Assembly: GCA_964016885.1 (NCBI GenBank)
Contig: OZ024759.1
Coordinates: forward strand, 1,798,001-1,862,000
Source: Eledone cirrhosa
Taxonomy: Eukaryota
Direction: 5' to 3'
Length of the DNA stretch: 64,000 bases
Each line of letters starts with the position of its first letter. The stretch's first letter is position 1. Under the pieces are notes generated by a model that had not been told where the DNA came from, made no database searches, and worked only from the letters and a program-made list of their open reading frames with translations. A program made the translations under genes and the position numbers. Below, one piece after another: positions 1 to 14,033 of the stretch.

Positions 1-157
1 AACATGACACAGTCTATATTAGTAACATGACAGTCTATATTAGTAACATGACAGTCTACATTAGTAACATGACACAGTCTATATTAGTAACATGACAAAG
101 TCGATATTAGTAACATGACAATGTCTATATTAGTAGCATGACAAAGTCTATATTAGT

Positions 158-3100
158 AACATGACACAGTCTACATTAGTAACATGACAAAGTCTATATT
201 AGTAACATGACACAGTCTATATTAGTAACATGAGACAGTCTATATTAGTAACATGACAAAGTCTATATTAGTAACATGACACAGTCTATATTAGTAACAT
301 GACACAGTCTATATTAGTAACATGACAAAGTCTATATTAGTAACATGACACAGTCTATATTAGTAACATGACGAAGTCTATATTAGTAACATGACACAGT
401 CTATATTAGTAACATGACACAGTCTATATTAGTAACATGAAAAAGTCTATATTAGTAACATGACAAAGTCTATATTAGTAACATGACAAAGTCTATATTA
501 GTAACATGACAAAGTCTATATTAGTAGCATGACACAGTCTATATTAGCAACATGACAAAGTCTATATTAGTAACATGACACAGTCTATATTAGTAGCATG
601 ACAAAGTCTGTATTAGTAACATGACAAAGTCTATATTAGTAACATGACAAAGTCTATATTAGTAACATGACAAAGTCTATATTAGTAACATGACACAGTC
701 TATATTAGTAACATAACAAAGTCTATATTAGTAGCATGACAAAGTCTATATTAGTGACATGACAAAGTCTATATTAGTAACATGACAAAGTCTATATTAG
801 TAACATGACAAAGTCTATATTAGTAACATGACAAAGTCGATATTAGTAACATGACAAAGTCTATATTAGTAACATGACACAGTATATATTAGTAACATGA
901 CAGTCTATATTAGTAACATGACAGTCTACATTAGTAACATGACACAGTCTATATTAGTAACATGACAAAGTCGATATTAGTAACATGACAATGTCTATAT
1001 TAGTAACATGACACAGTCTATATTAGTAACATGACACAGTCTATATTACTAACATGACACAGTCTATATTAGTAACATGACACAGTCTATATTAGTAACA
1101 TGACAAAGTCTATATTAGTAACATGACAAAGTCTATATTAGTAACATGACAAAGTCTATATTAGTAACATGACAAAGTCTATATTAGTAACATGACACAG
1201 TCTATATTAGTAACATGACACAGTCTATATTAGTAGCATGACACAGTCTATATTAGTAACATGACACAGTCTATATTAGTAACATGACACAGTCTATATT
1301 AGTAACATGACAAAGTCTATATTAGTAACATGACAAAGTCTATATTAGTAACATGACAGTCTATATTAGTAACATCACACAGTCTATATTAGTAACATGA
1401 CAAAGTCTATATTAGTAACATGACAAAGTCTATATTAGTAACATGAGACAGTCTATATTAGTAACATGACTAAGTCTATATTAGTAACATGACACAGTCT
1501 ATATTAGTAACATGACACAGTCTATATTAGTAACATGACAAAGTCTATATTAGTTACATGACAAAGTCTATATTAGTAACATGACAAAGTCTATATTAGT
1601 AACATGACACAGTCTATGTTAGTAACATGACGAAGTCTATATTAGTAACATGACACAGTCTATATTAGTAACATGACACAGTCTATATTAGTAACATGAA
1701 AAAGTCTATATTAGTAACATGACAAAGTCTATATTAGTAACATGACAAAGTCTATATTAGTAACATGACAAAGTCTATATTAGTAGCATGACACAGTCTA
1801 TATTAGCAACATGACAAAGTATATATTAGTAACATGACACAGTCTATATTAGTAACATGACACAGTCTATATTAGTAACATGACACAGTCTATATTAGTA
1901 ACATGACAAAGTCTACATTAGTAACATGACAAAGTCTATATTAGTAACATGACAAGGTCTGTATTAGTAACATGACACAGTCTATATTAGTAGCATGACA
2001 CAGTCTATATTAGTAACATGATACAGTCTATATTAGTAACATGACAAAGTCTATATTAGTAACATGACACAGTCTATATTAGTAACATGACACAGTCTAT
2101 ATTAGTAACATGACACAGTCTATATTAGTAACATGACAAAGTCTATATTAGTAACATGACAAAGTCTATATTAGTAACATGACACAGTCTATATTAGTAG
2201 CATGACAAAGTCTGTATTAGTAACATGACAAAGTCTATATTAGTAACATGACAAAGTCTGTATTAGTAACATGACAAAGTCTATAGTAGTAACATGACAC
2301 AGTCTATATTAGTAACATGACAAAGTCTATATTAGTAGCATGACAAAGTCTATATTAGTAACATGACAAAGTCTATATTAGTAACATGACAAAGTCTATA
2401 TTAGTAACATGACAAAGTCTATATTAGTAACATGACAAAGTCTATATTAGTAACATGACAAAGTCTATATTAGTAACATGACACAGTCTATATTAGTAAC
2501 ATGACAGTCTATATTAGTAACATGACAGTCTACATTAGTAACATGACACAGTCTATATTAGTAACATGACAAAGTCGATATTAGTAACATGACAATGTCT
2601 ATATTAGTAACATGACAAAGTCTATATTAGTAACATGACACAGTCTATATTACTAACATGACACAGTCTATATTAGTAACATGACACAGTCTATATTAGT
2701 AACATGACAAAGTCTATATTAGTAACATGACAAAGTCTATATTAGTAACATGACAAAGTCTATATTAGTAACATGACACAGTCTATATTAGTAAAATGAC
2801 AAAGTCTATATTAGTAACATGACACAGTCTATATTAGTAACATGACAGTCTATATTAGTAACATGACAGTCTACATTAGTAACATGACACAGTCTACATT
2901 AGTAACATGACAAAGTCTATATTAGTAACATGACACAGTCTATATTAGTAACATGAGACAGTCTATATTAGTAACATGACAAAGTCTATATTAGTAACAT
3001 GACACAGTCTATATTAGTAACATGACACAGTCTATATTAGTAACATGACAAAGTCTATATTAGTAACATGACACAGTCTATATTAGTAACATGACGAAGT

Positions 3101-5619
3101 CTATATTAGTAACATGACACAGTCTATATTAGTAACATGACACAGTCTATATTAGTAACATGAAAAAGTCTATATTAGTAACATGACAAAGTCTATATTA
3201 GTAACATGACAAAGTCTATATTAGTAACATGACAAAGTCTATATTAGTAGCATGACACAGTCTATATTAGCAACATGACAAAGTCTATATTAGTAACATG
3301 ACACAGTCTATATTAGTAGCATGACAAAGTCTGTATTAGTAACATGACAAAGTCTATATTAGTAACATGACAAAGTCTATATTAGTAACATGACAAAGTC
3401 TATATTAGTAACATGACACAGTCTATATTAGTAACATAACAAAGTCTATATTAGTAGCATGACAAAGTCTATATTAGTGACATGACAAAGTCTATATTAG
3501 TAACATGACAAAGTCTATATTAGTAACATGACAAAGTCTATATTAGTAACATGACAAAGTCGATATTAGTAACATGACAAAGTCTATATTAGTAACATGA
3601 CACAGTATATATTAGTAACATGACAGTCTATATTAGTAACATGACAGTCTACATTAGTAACATGACACAGTCTATATTAGTAACATGACAAAGTCGATAT
3701 TAGTAACATGACAATGTCTATATTAGTAACATGACACAGTCTATATTAGTAACATGACACAGTCTATATTACTAACATGACACAGTCTATATTAGTAACA
3801 TGACACAGTCTATATTAGTAACATGACAAAGTCTATATTAGTAACATGACAAAGTCTATATTAGTAACATGACAAAGTCTATATTAGTAACATGACAAAG
3901 TCTATATTAGTAACATGACACAGTCTATATTAGTAACATGACACAGTCTATATTAGTAGCATGACACAGTCTATATTAGTAACATGACACAGTCTATATT
4001 AGTAACATGACACAGTCTATATTAGTAACATGACAAAGTCTATATTAGTAACATGACAAAGTCTATATTAGTAACATGACAGTCTATATTAGTAACATCA
4101 CACAGTCTATATTAGTAACATGACAAAGTCTATATTAGTAACATGACAAAGTCTATATTAGTAACATGAGACAGTCTATATTAGTAACATGACTAAGTCT
4201 ATATTAGTAACATGACACAGTCTATATTAGTAACATGACACAGTCTATATTAGTAACATGACAAAGTCTATATTAGTTACATGACAAAGTCTATATTAGT
4301 AACATGACAAAGTCTATATTAGTAACATGACACAGTCTATGTTAGTAACATGACGAAGTCTATATTAGTAACATGACACAGTCTATATTAGTAACATGAC
4401 ACAGTCTATATTAGTAACATGAAAAAGTCTATATTAGTAACATGACAAAGTCTATATTAGTAACATGACAAAGTCTATATTAGTAACATGACAAAGTCTA
4501 TATTAGTAGCATGACACAGTCTATATTAGCAACATGACAAAGTATATATTAGTAACATGACACAGTCTATATTAGTAACATGACACAGTCTATATTAGTA
4601 ACATGACACAGTCTATATTAGTAACATGACAAAGTCTACATTAGTAACATGACAAAGTCTATATTAGTAACATGACAAGGTCTGTATTAGTAACATGACA
4701 CAGTCTATATTAGTAGCATGACACAGTCTATATTAGTAACATGATACAGTCTATATTAGTAACATGACAAAGTCTATATTAGTAACATGACACAGTCTAT
4801 ATTAGTAACATGACACAGTCTATATTAGTAACATGACACAGTCTATATTAGTAACATGACAAAGTCTATATTAGTAACATGACAAAGTCTATATTAGTAA
4901 CATGACACAGTCTATATTAGTAGCATGACAAAGTCTGTATTAGTAACATGACAAAGTCTATATTAGTAACATGACAAAGTCTGTATTAGTAACATGACAA
5001 AGTCTATAGTAGTAACATGACACAGTCTATATTAGTAACATGACAAAGTCTATATTAGTAGCATGACAAAGTCTATATTAGTAACATGACAAAGTCTATA
5101 TTAGTAACATGACAAAGTCTATATTAGTAACATGACAAAGTCTATATTAGTAACATGACAAAGTCTATATTAGTAACATGACAAAGTCTATATTAGTAAC
5201 ATGACACAGTCTATATTAGTAACATGACAGTCTATATTAGTAACATGACAGTCTACATTAGTAACATGACACAGTCTATATTAGTAACATGACAAAGTCG
5301 ATATTAGTAACATGACAATGTCTATATTAGTAACATGACAAAGTCTATATTAGTAACATGACACAGTCTATATTACTAACATGACACAGTCTATATTAGT
5401 AACATGACACAGTCTATATTAGTAACATGACAAAGTCTATATTAGTAACATGACAAAGTCTATATTAGTAACATGACAAAGTCTATATTAGTAACATGAC
5501 ACAGTCTATATTAGTAAAATGACAAAGTCTATATTAGTAACATGACACAGTCTATATTAGTAACATGACAGTCTATATTAGTAACATGACAGTCTACATT
5601 AGTAACATGACACAGTCTA
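158..5619 (+). repeat. Higher-order tandem duplication, period 2,723 bp (119 monomers, 7 of them 21-mers), 2 copies
   Basis: Rare markers ACATAAC at 711/3434 and AACATCA at 1371/4094 are both offset by 2,723. 119x23 - 7x2 = 2,723 matches the seven 21-mers counted. Confidence 0.93.
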
Positions 5620-8600
5620 TATTAGTAACATGACAAAGTCGATATTAGTAACATGACAATGTCTATATTAGTAACATGACAAAGTCTATATTAGTAACAT
5701 GACACAGTCTATATTACTAACATGACACAGTCTATATTAGTAACATGACACAGTCTATATTAGTAACATGACAAAGTCTATATTAGTAACATGACAAAGT
5801 CTATATTAGTAACATGACAAAGTCTATATTAGTAACATGACACAGTCTATATTAGTAACATGACACAGTCTAGATTAGTAACATGACACAGTCTATATTA
5901 GTAACATGAGACAGTCTATATTAGTAGCATGACAAAGTCTATATTAGTAACATGACACAGTCTACATTAGTAACATGACAAAGTCTATATTAGTAACATG
6001 ACACAGTCTATATTAGTAACATGAGACAGCCTATATTAGTAACATGACAAAGTCTATATTAGTAACATGACACAGTCTATATTAGTAACATGACAAAGTC
6101 TATATTAGTAACATGACAAAGTCTATATTAGTAACATGACAAAGTCTATATTAGTAACATGACAAAGTCTATATTAGTAGCATGACACAGTCTATATTAG
6201 TAACATGACACAGTCTATATTAGTAACATGACACAGTCTATATTATTAACATGACAAAGTCTATATTAGTAACATGACACAGTCTATATTAGTAACATGA
6301 GTCAGTCTATATTAGTAACATGACTAAGTCTATATTAGTAACATGACACAGTCTATATTAGCAACATGACAAAGTCTATATTAGTAACATGACACAGTCT
6401 ATATTAGTAACATGACACAGTCTATATTAGTAACATGACACAGTCTATATTAGTAACATGACAAAGTCTACATTAGTAACATGACAAAGTCTATATTAGT
6501 AACATGACAAGGTCTATATTAGTAACATGACACAGTCTATATTAGTAGCATGACACAGTCTATATTAGTAACATGATACAGTCTATATTAGTAACATGAC
6601 AAAGTCTATATTAGTAACATGACACAGTCTATATTAGTAACATGACAGTCTATATTAGTAACATGACAGTCTACATTAGTAACATGACACAGTCTATATT
6701 AGTAACATGACAAAGTCGATATTATTAACATGACAATGTCTATATTAGTAACATGACAAAGTCTATATTAGTAACATGACACAGTCTATATTACTAACAT
6801 GACACAGTCTATATTAGTAACATGACAAAGTCTATATTAGTAACATGACACAGTCTATATTAGTAACATGACAAAGTCTACATTAGTAACATGACAAAGT
6901 CTATATTAGTAACATGACAAGGTCTATATTAGTAACATGACACAGTCTATATTAGTAGCATGACACAGTCTATATTAGTAACATGATACAGTCTATATTA
7001 GTAACATGACAAAGTCTATATTAGTAACATGACACAGTCTATATTAGTAACATGACAGTCTATATTAGTAACATGACAGTCTACATTAGTAACATGACAC
7101 AGTCTATATTAGTAACATGACACAGTCTAGATTAGTAACATGACACAGTCTATATTAGTAACATGAGACAGTCTATATTAGTAGCATGACAAAGTCTATA
7201 TTAGTAACATGACACAGTCTACATTAGTAACATGACAAAGTCTATATTAGTAACATGACACAGTCTATATTAGTAACATGAGACAGTCTATATTAGTAAC
7301 ATGACAAAGTCTATATTAGTAACATGACACAGTCTATATTAGTAACATGACAAAGTCTATATTAGTAACATGACAAGGTCTATATTAGTAACATGACAAA
7401 GTCTATATTAGTAACATGACAAAGTCTATATTAGTAGCATGACACAGTCTATATTAGTAACATGACACAGTCTATATTAGTAACATGACACAGTCTATAT
7501 TATTAGCATGACAAAGTCTATATTAGTAACATGACACAGTCTATATTAGTAACATGAGACAGTCTATATTAGTAACATGACTAAGTCTATATTAGTAACA
7601 TGACACAGTCTATATTAGTAACATGACACAGTATATATTAGTTACATGACAAAGTCTATATTAGTAACATGACAAAGTCTATATTAGTAACATGACACAG
7701 TCTATATTAGTAACATGACGAAGTCTATATTAGTAACATGACACAGTCTATATTAGTAACATGACACAGTCTATATTAGTAACATGAAAAAGTCTATATT
7801 AGTAACATGACAAAGTCTATATTAGTAACATGACAAAGTCTATATTAGTAACATGACAAAGTCTATATTAGTAGCATGACACAGTCTATATTAGCAACAT
7901 GACAAAGTCTATATTAGTAACATGACACAGTCTATATTAGTAACATGACACAGTCTATATTAGTAACATGACACAGTCTATATTAGTAACATGACAAAGT
8001 CTACATTAGTAATATGACAAAGTCTATATTAGTAACATGACAAGGTCTATATTAGTAACATGACACAGTCTATATTAGTAGCATGACACAGTCTATATTA
8101 GTAACATGATACAGTCTATATTAGTAACATGACAAAGTCTATATTAGTAACATGACACAGTCTATATTAGTAACATGACAGTCTATATTAGTAACATGAC
8201 AGTCTACATTAGTAACATGACACAGTCTATATTAGTAACATGACAAAGTCGATATTAGTAACATGACAATGTCTATATTAGTAACATGACAAAGTCTATA
8301 TTAGTAACATGACACAGTCTATATTACTAACATGACACAGTCTATATTAGTAACATGACACAGTCTATATTAGTAACATGACAAAGTCTATATTAGTAAC
8401 ATGACAAAGTCTATATTAGTAACATGACAAAGTCTATATTAGTAACATGACACAGTCTATATTAGTAAAATGACAAAGTCTATATTAGTAACATGACACA
8501 GTCTATATTAGTAACATGACAGTCTATATTAGTAACATGACAGTCTACATTAGTAACATGACACAGTCTACATTAGTAACATGACAAAGTCTATATTAGT

Positions 8601-11600
8601 AACATGACACAGTCTATATTAGTAACATGAGACAGTCTATATTAGTAACATGACAAAGTCTATATTAGTAACATGACACAGTCTATATTAGTAACATGAC
8701 ACAGTCTATATTAGTAACATGACAAAGTCTATATTAGTAACATGACACAGTCTATATTAGTAACATGACGAAGTCTATATTAGTAACATGACACAGTCTA
8801 TATTAGTAACATGACACAGTCTATATTAGTAACATGAAAAAGTCTATATTAGTAACATGACAAAGTCTATATTAGTAACATGACAAAGTCTATATTAGTA
8901 ACATGACAAAGTCTATATTAGTAGCATGACACAGTCTATATTAGCAACATGACAAAGTCTATATTAGTAACATGACACAGTCTATATTAGTAGCATGACA
9001 AAGTCTGTATTAGTAACATGACAAAGTCTATATTAGTAACATGACAAAGTCTATATTAGTAACATGACAAAGTCTATATTAGTAACATGACACAGTCTAT
9101 ATTAGTAACATAACAAAGTCTATATTAGTAGCATGACAAAGTCTATATTAGTGACATGACAAAGTCTATATTAGTAACATGACAAAGTCTATATTAGTAA
9201 CATGACAAAGTCTATATTAGTAACATGACAAAGTCGATATTAGTAACATGACAAAGTCTATATTAGTAACATGACACAGTATATATTAGTAACATGACAG
9301 TCTATATTAGTAACATGACAGTCTACATTAGTAACATGACACAGTCTATATTAGTAACATGACAAAGTCGATATTAGTAACATGACAATGTCTATATTAG
9401 TAACATGACACAGTCTATATTAGTAACATGACACAGTCTATATTACTAACATGACACAGTCTATATTAGTAACATGACACAGTCTATATTAGTAACATGA
9501 CAAAGTCTATATTAGTAACATGACAAAGTCTATATTAGTAACATGACAAAGTCTATATTAGTAACATGACAAAGTCTATATTAGTAACATGACACAGTCT
9601 ATATTAGTAACATGACACAGTCTATATTAGTAGCATGACACAGTCTATATTAGTAACATGACACAGTCTATATTAGTAACATGACACAGTCTATATTAGT
9701 AACATGACAAAGTCTATATTAGTAACATGACAAAGTCTATATTAGTAACATGACAGTCTATATTAGTAACATCACACAGTCTATATTAGTAACATGACAA
9801 AGTCTATATTAGTAACATGACAAAGTCTATATTAGTAACATGAGACAGTCTATATTAGTAACATGACTAAGTCTATATTAGTAACATGACACAGTCTATA
9901 TTAGTAACATGACACAGTCTATATTAGTAACATGACAAAGTCTATATTAGTTACATGACAAAGTCTATATTAGTAACATGACAAAGTCTATATTAGTAAC
10001 ATGACACAGTCTATGTTAGTAACATGACGAAGTCTATATTAGTAACATGACACAGTCTATATTAGTAACATGACACAGTCTATATTAGTAACATGAAAAA
10101 GTCTATATTAGTAACATGACAAAGTCTATATTAGTAACATGACAAAGTCTATATTAGTAACATGACAAAGTCTATATTAGTAGCATGACACAGTCTATAT
10201 TAGCAACATGACAAAGTATATATTAGTAACATGACACAGTCTATATTAGTAACATGACACAGTCTATATTAGTAACATGACACAGTCTATATTAGTAACA
10301 TGACAAAGTCTACATTAGTAACATGACAAAGTCTATATTAGTAACATGACAAGGTCTGTATTAGTAACATGACACAGTCTATATTAGTAGCATGACACAG
10401 TCTATATTAGTAACATGATACAGTCTATATTAGTAACATGACAAAGTCTATATTAGTAACATGACACAGTCTATATTAGTAACATGACACAGTCTATATT
10501 AGTAACATGACACAGTCTATATTAGTAACATGACAAAGTCTATATTAGTAACATGACAAAGTCTATATTAGTAACATGACACAGTCTATATTAGTAGCAT
10601 GACAAAGTCTGTATTAGTAACATGACAAAGTCTATATTAGTAACATGACAAAGTCTGTATTAGTAACATGACAAAGTCTATAGTAGTAACATGACACAGT
10701 CTATATTAGTAACATGACAAAGTCTATATTAGTAGCATGACAAAGTCTATATTAGTAACATGACAAAGTCTATATTAGTAACATGACAAAGTCTATATTA
10801 GTAACATGACAAAGTCTATATTAGTAACATGACAAAGTCTATATTAGTAACATGACAAAGTCTATATTAGTAACATGACACAGTCTATATTAGTAACATG
10901 ACAGTCTATATTAGTAACATGACAGTCTACATTAGTAACATGACACAGTCTATATTAGTAACATGACAAAGTCGATATTAGTAACATGACAATGTCTATA
11001 TTAGTAACATGACAAAGTCTATATTAGTAACATGACACAGTCTATATTACTAACATGACACAGTCTATATTAGTAACATGACACAGTCTATATTAGTAAC
11101 ATGACAAAGTCTATATTAGTAACATGACAAAGTCTATATTAGTAACATGACAAAGTCTATATTAGTAACATGACACAGTCTATATTAGTAAAATGACAAA
11201 GTCTATATTAGTAACATGACACAGTCTATATTAGTAACATGACAGTCTATATTAGTAACATGACAGTCTACATTAGTAACATGACACAGTCTATATTAGT
11301 AACATGACAAAGTCGATATTAGTAACATGACAATGTCTATATTAGTAACATGACAAAGTCTATATTAGTAACATGACACAGTCTATATTACTAACATGAC
11401 ACAGTCTATATTAGTAACATGACACAGTCTATATTAGTAACATGACAAAGTCTATATTAGTAACATGACAAAGTCTATATTAGTAACATGACAAAGTCTA
11501 TATTAGTAACATGACACAGTCTATATTAGTAACATGACACAGTCTAGATTAGTAACATGACACAGTCTATATTAGTAACATGAGACAGTCTATATTAGTA

Positions 11601-14033
11601 GCATGACAAAGTCTATATTAGTAACATGACACAGTCTACATTAGTAACATGACAAAGTCTATATTAGTAACATGACACAGTCTATATTAGTAACATGAGA
11701 CAGCCTATATTAGTAACATGACAAAGTCTATATTAGTAACATGACACAGTCTATATTAGTAACATGACAAAGTCTATATTAGTAACATGACAAAGTCTAT
11801 ATTAGTAACATGACAAAGTCTATATTAGTAACATGACAAAGTCTATATTAGTAGCATGACACAGTCTATATTAGTAACATGACACAGTCTATATTAGTAA
11901 CATGACACAGTCTATATTATTAACATGACAAAGTCTATATTAGTAACATGACACAGTCTATATTAGTAACATGAGTCAGTCTATATTAGTAACATGACTA
12001 AGTCTATATTAGTAACATGACACAGTCTATATTAGCAACATGACAAAGTCTATATTAGTAACATGACACAGTCTATATTAGTAACATGACACAGTCTATA
12101 TTAGTAACATGACACAGTCTATATTAGTAACATGACAAAGTCTACATTAGTAACATGACAAAGTCTATATTAGTAACATGACAAGGTCTATATTAGTAAC
12201 ATGACACAGTCTATATTAGTAGCATGACACAGTCTATATTAGTAACATGATACAGTCTATATTAGTAACATGACAAAGTCTATATTAGTAACATGACACA
12301 GTCTATATTAGTAACATGACAGTCTATATTAGTAACATGACAGTCTACATTAGTAACATGACACAGTCTATATTAGTAACATGACAAAGTCGATATTATT
12401 AACATGACAATGTCTATATTAGTAACATGACAAAGTCTATATTAGTAACATGACACAGTCTATATTACTAACATGACACAGTCTATATTAGTAACATGAC
12501 AAAGTCTATATTAGTAACATGACACAGTCTATATTAGTAACATGACAAAGTCTACATTAGTAACATGACAAAGTCTATATTAGTAACATGACAAGGTCTA
12601 TATTAGTAACATGACACAGTCTATATTAGTAGCATGACACAGTCTATATTAGTAACATGATACAGTCTATATTAGTAACATGACAAAGTCTATATTAGTA
12701 ACATGACACAGTCTATATTAGTAACATGACAGTCTATATTAGTAACATGACAGTCTACATTAGTAACATGACACAGTCTATATTAGTAACATGACACAGT
12801 CTAGATTAGTAACATGACACAGTCTATATTAGTAACATGAGACAGTCTATATTAGTAGCATGACAAAGTCTATATTAGTAACATGACACAGTCTACATTA
12901 GTAACATGACAAAGTCTATATTAGTAACATGACACAGTCTATATTAGTAACATGAGACAGTCTATATTAGTAACATGACAAAGTCTATATTAGTAACATG
13001 ACACAGTCTATATTAGTAACATGACAAAGTCTATATTAGTAACATGACAAGGTCTATATTAGTAACATGACAAAGTCTATATTAGTAACATGACAAAGTC
13101 TATATTAGTAGCATGACACAGTCTATATTAGTAACATGACACAGTCTATATTAGTAACATGACACAGTCTATATTATTAGCATGACAAAGTCTATATTAG
13201 TAACATGACACAGTCTATATTAGTAACATGAGACAGTCTATATTAGTAACATGACTAAGTCTATATTAGTAACATGACACAGTCTATATTAGTAACATGA
13301 CACAGTATATATTAGTTACATGACAAAGTCTATATTAGTAACATGACAAAGTCTATATTAGTAACATGACACAGTCTATATTAGTAACATGACGAAGTCT
13401 ATATTAGTAACATGACACAGTCTATATTAGTAACATGACACAGTCTATATTAGTAACATGAAAAAGTCTATATTAGTAACATGACAAAGTCTATATTAGT
13501 AACATGACAAAGTCTATATTAGTAACATGACAAAGTCTATATTAGTAGCATGACACAGTCTATATTAGCAACATGACAAAGTCTATATTAGTAACATGAC
13601 ACAGTCTATATTAGTAACATGACACAGTCTATATTAGTAACATGACACAGTCTATATTAGTAACATGACAAAGTCTACATTAGTAATATGACAAAGTCTA
13701 TATTAGTAACATGACAAGGTCTATATTAGTAACATGACACAGTCTATATTAGTAGCATGACACAGTCTATATTAGTAACATGATACAGTCTATATTAGTA
13801 ACATGACAAAGTCTATATTAGTAACATGACACAGTCTATATTAGTAACATGACAGTCTATATTAGTAACATGACAGTCTACATTAGTAACATGACACAGT
13901 CTATATTAGTAACATGACAAAGTCGATATTAGTAACATGACAATGTCTATATTAGTAACATGACAAAGTCTATATTAGTAACATGACACAGTCTATATTA
14001 CTAACATGACACAGTCTATATTAGTAACATGAC
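2440..14033 (+). repeat. Higher-order tandem duplication, period 5,674 bp (248 monomers, 15 of them 21-mers), about 2 copies
   Basis: ACATAAC 3434/9108, AACATCA 4094/9768, ATGAGACAGCC 6021/11695 and CTAAC 2653/8327/14001 are all offset by 5,674. 248x23 - 15x2 = 5,674. Confidence 0.93.
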
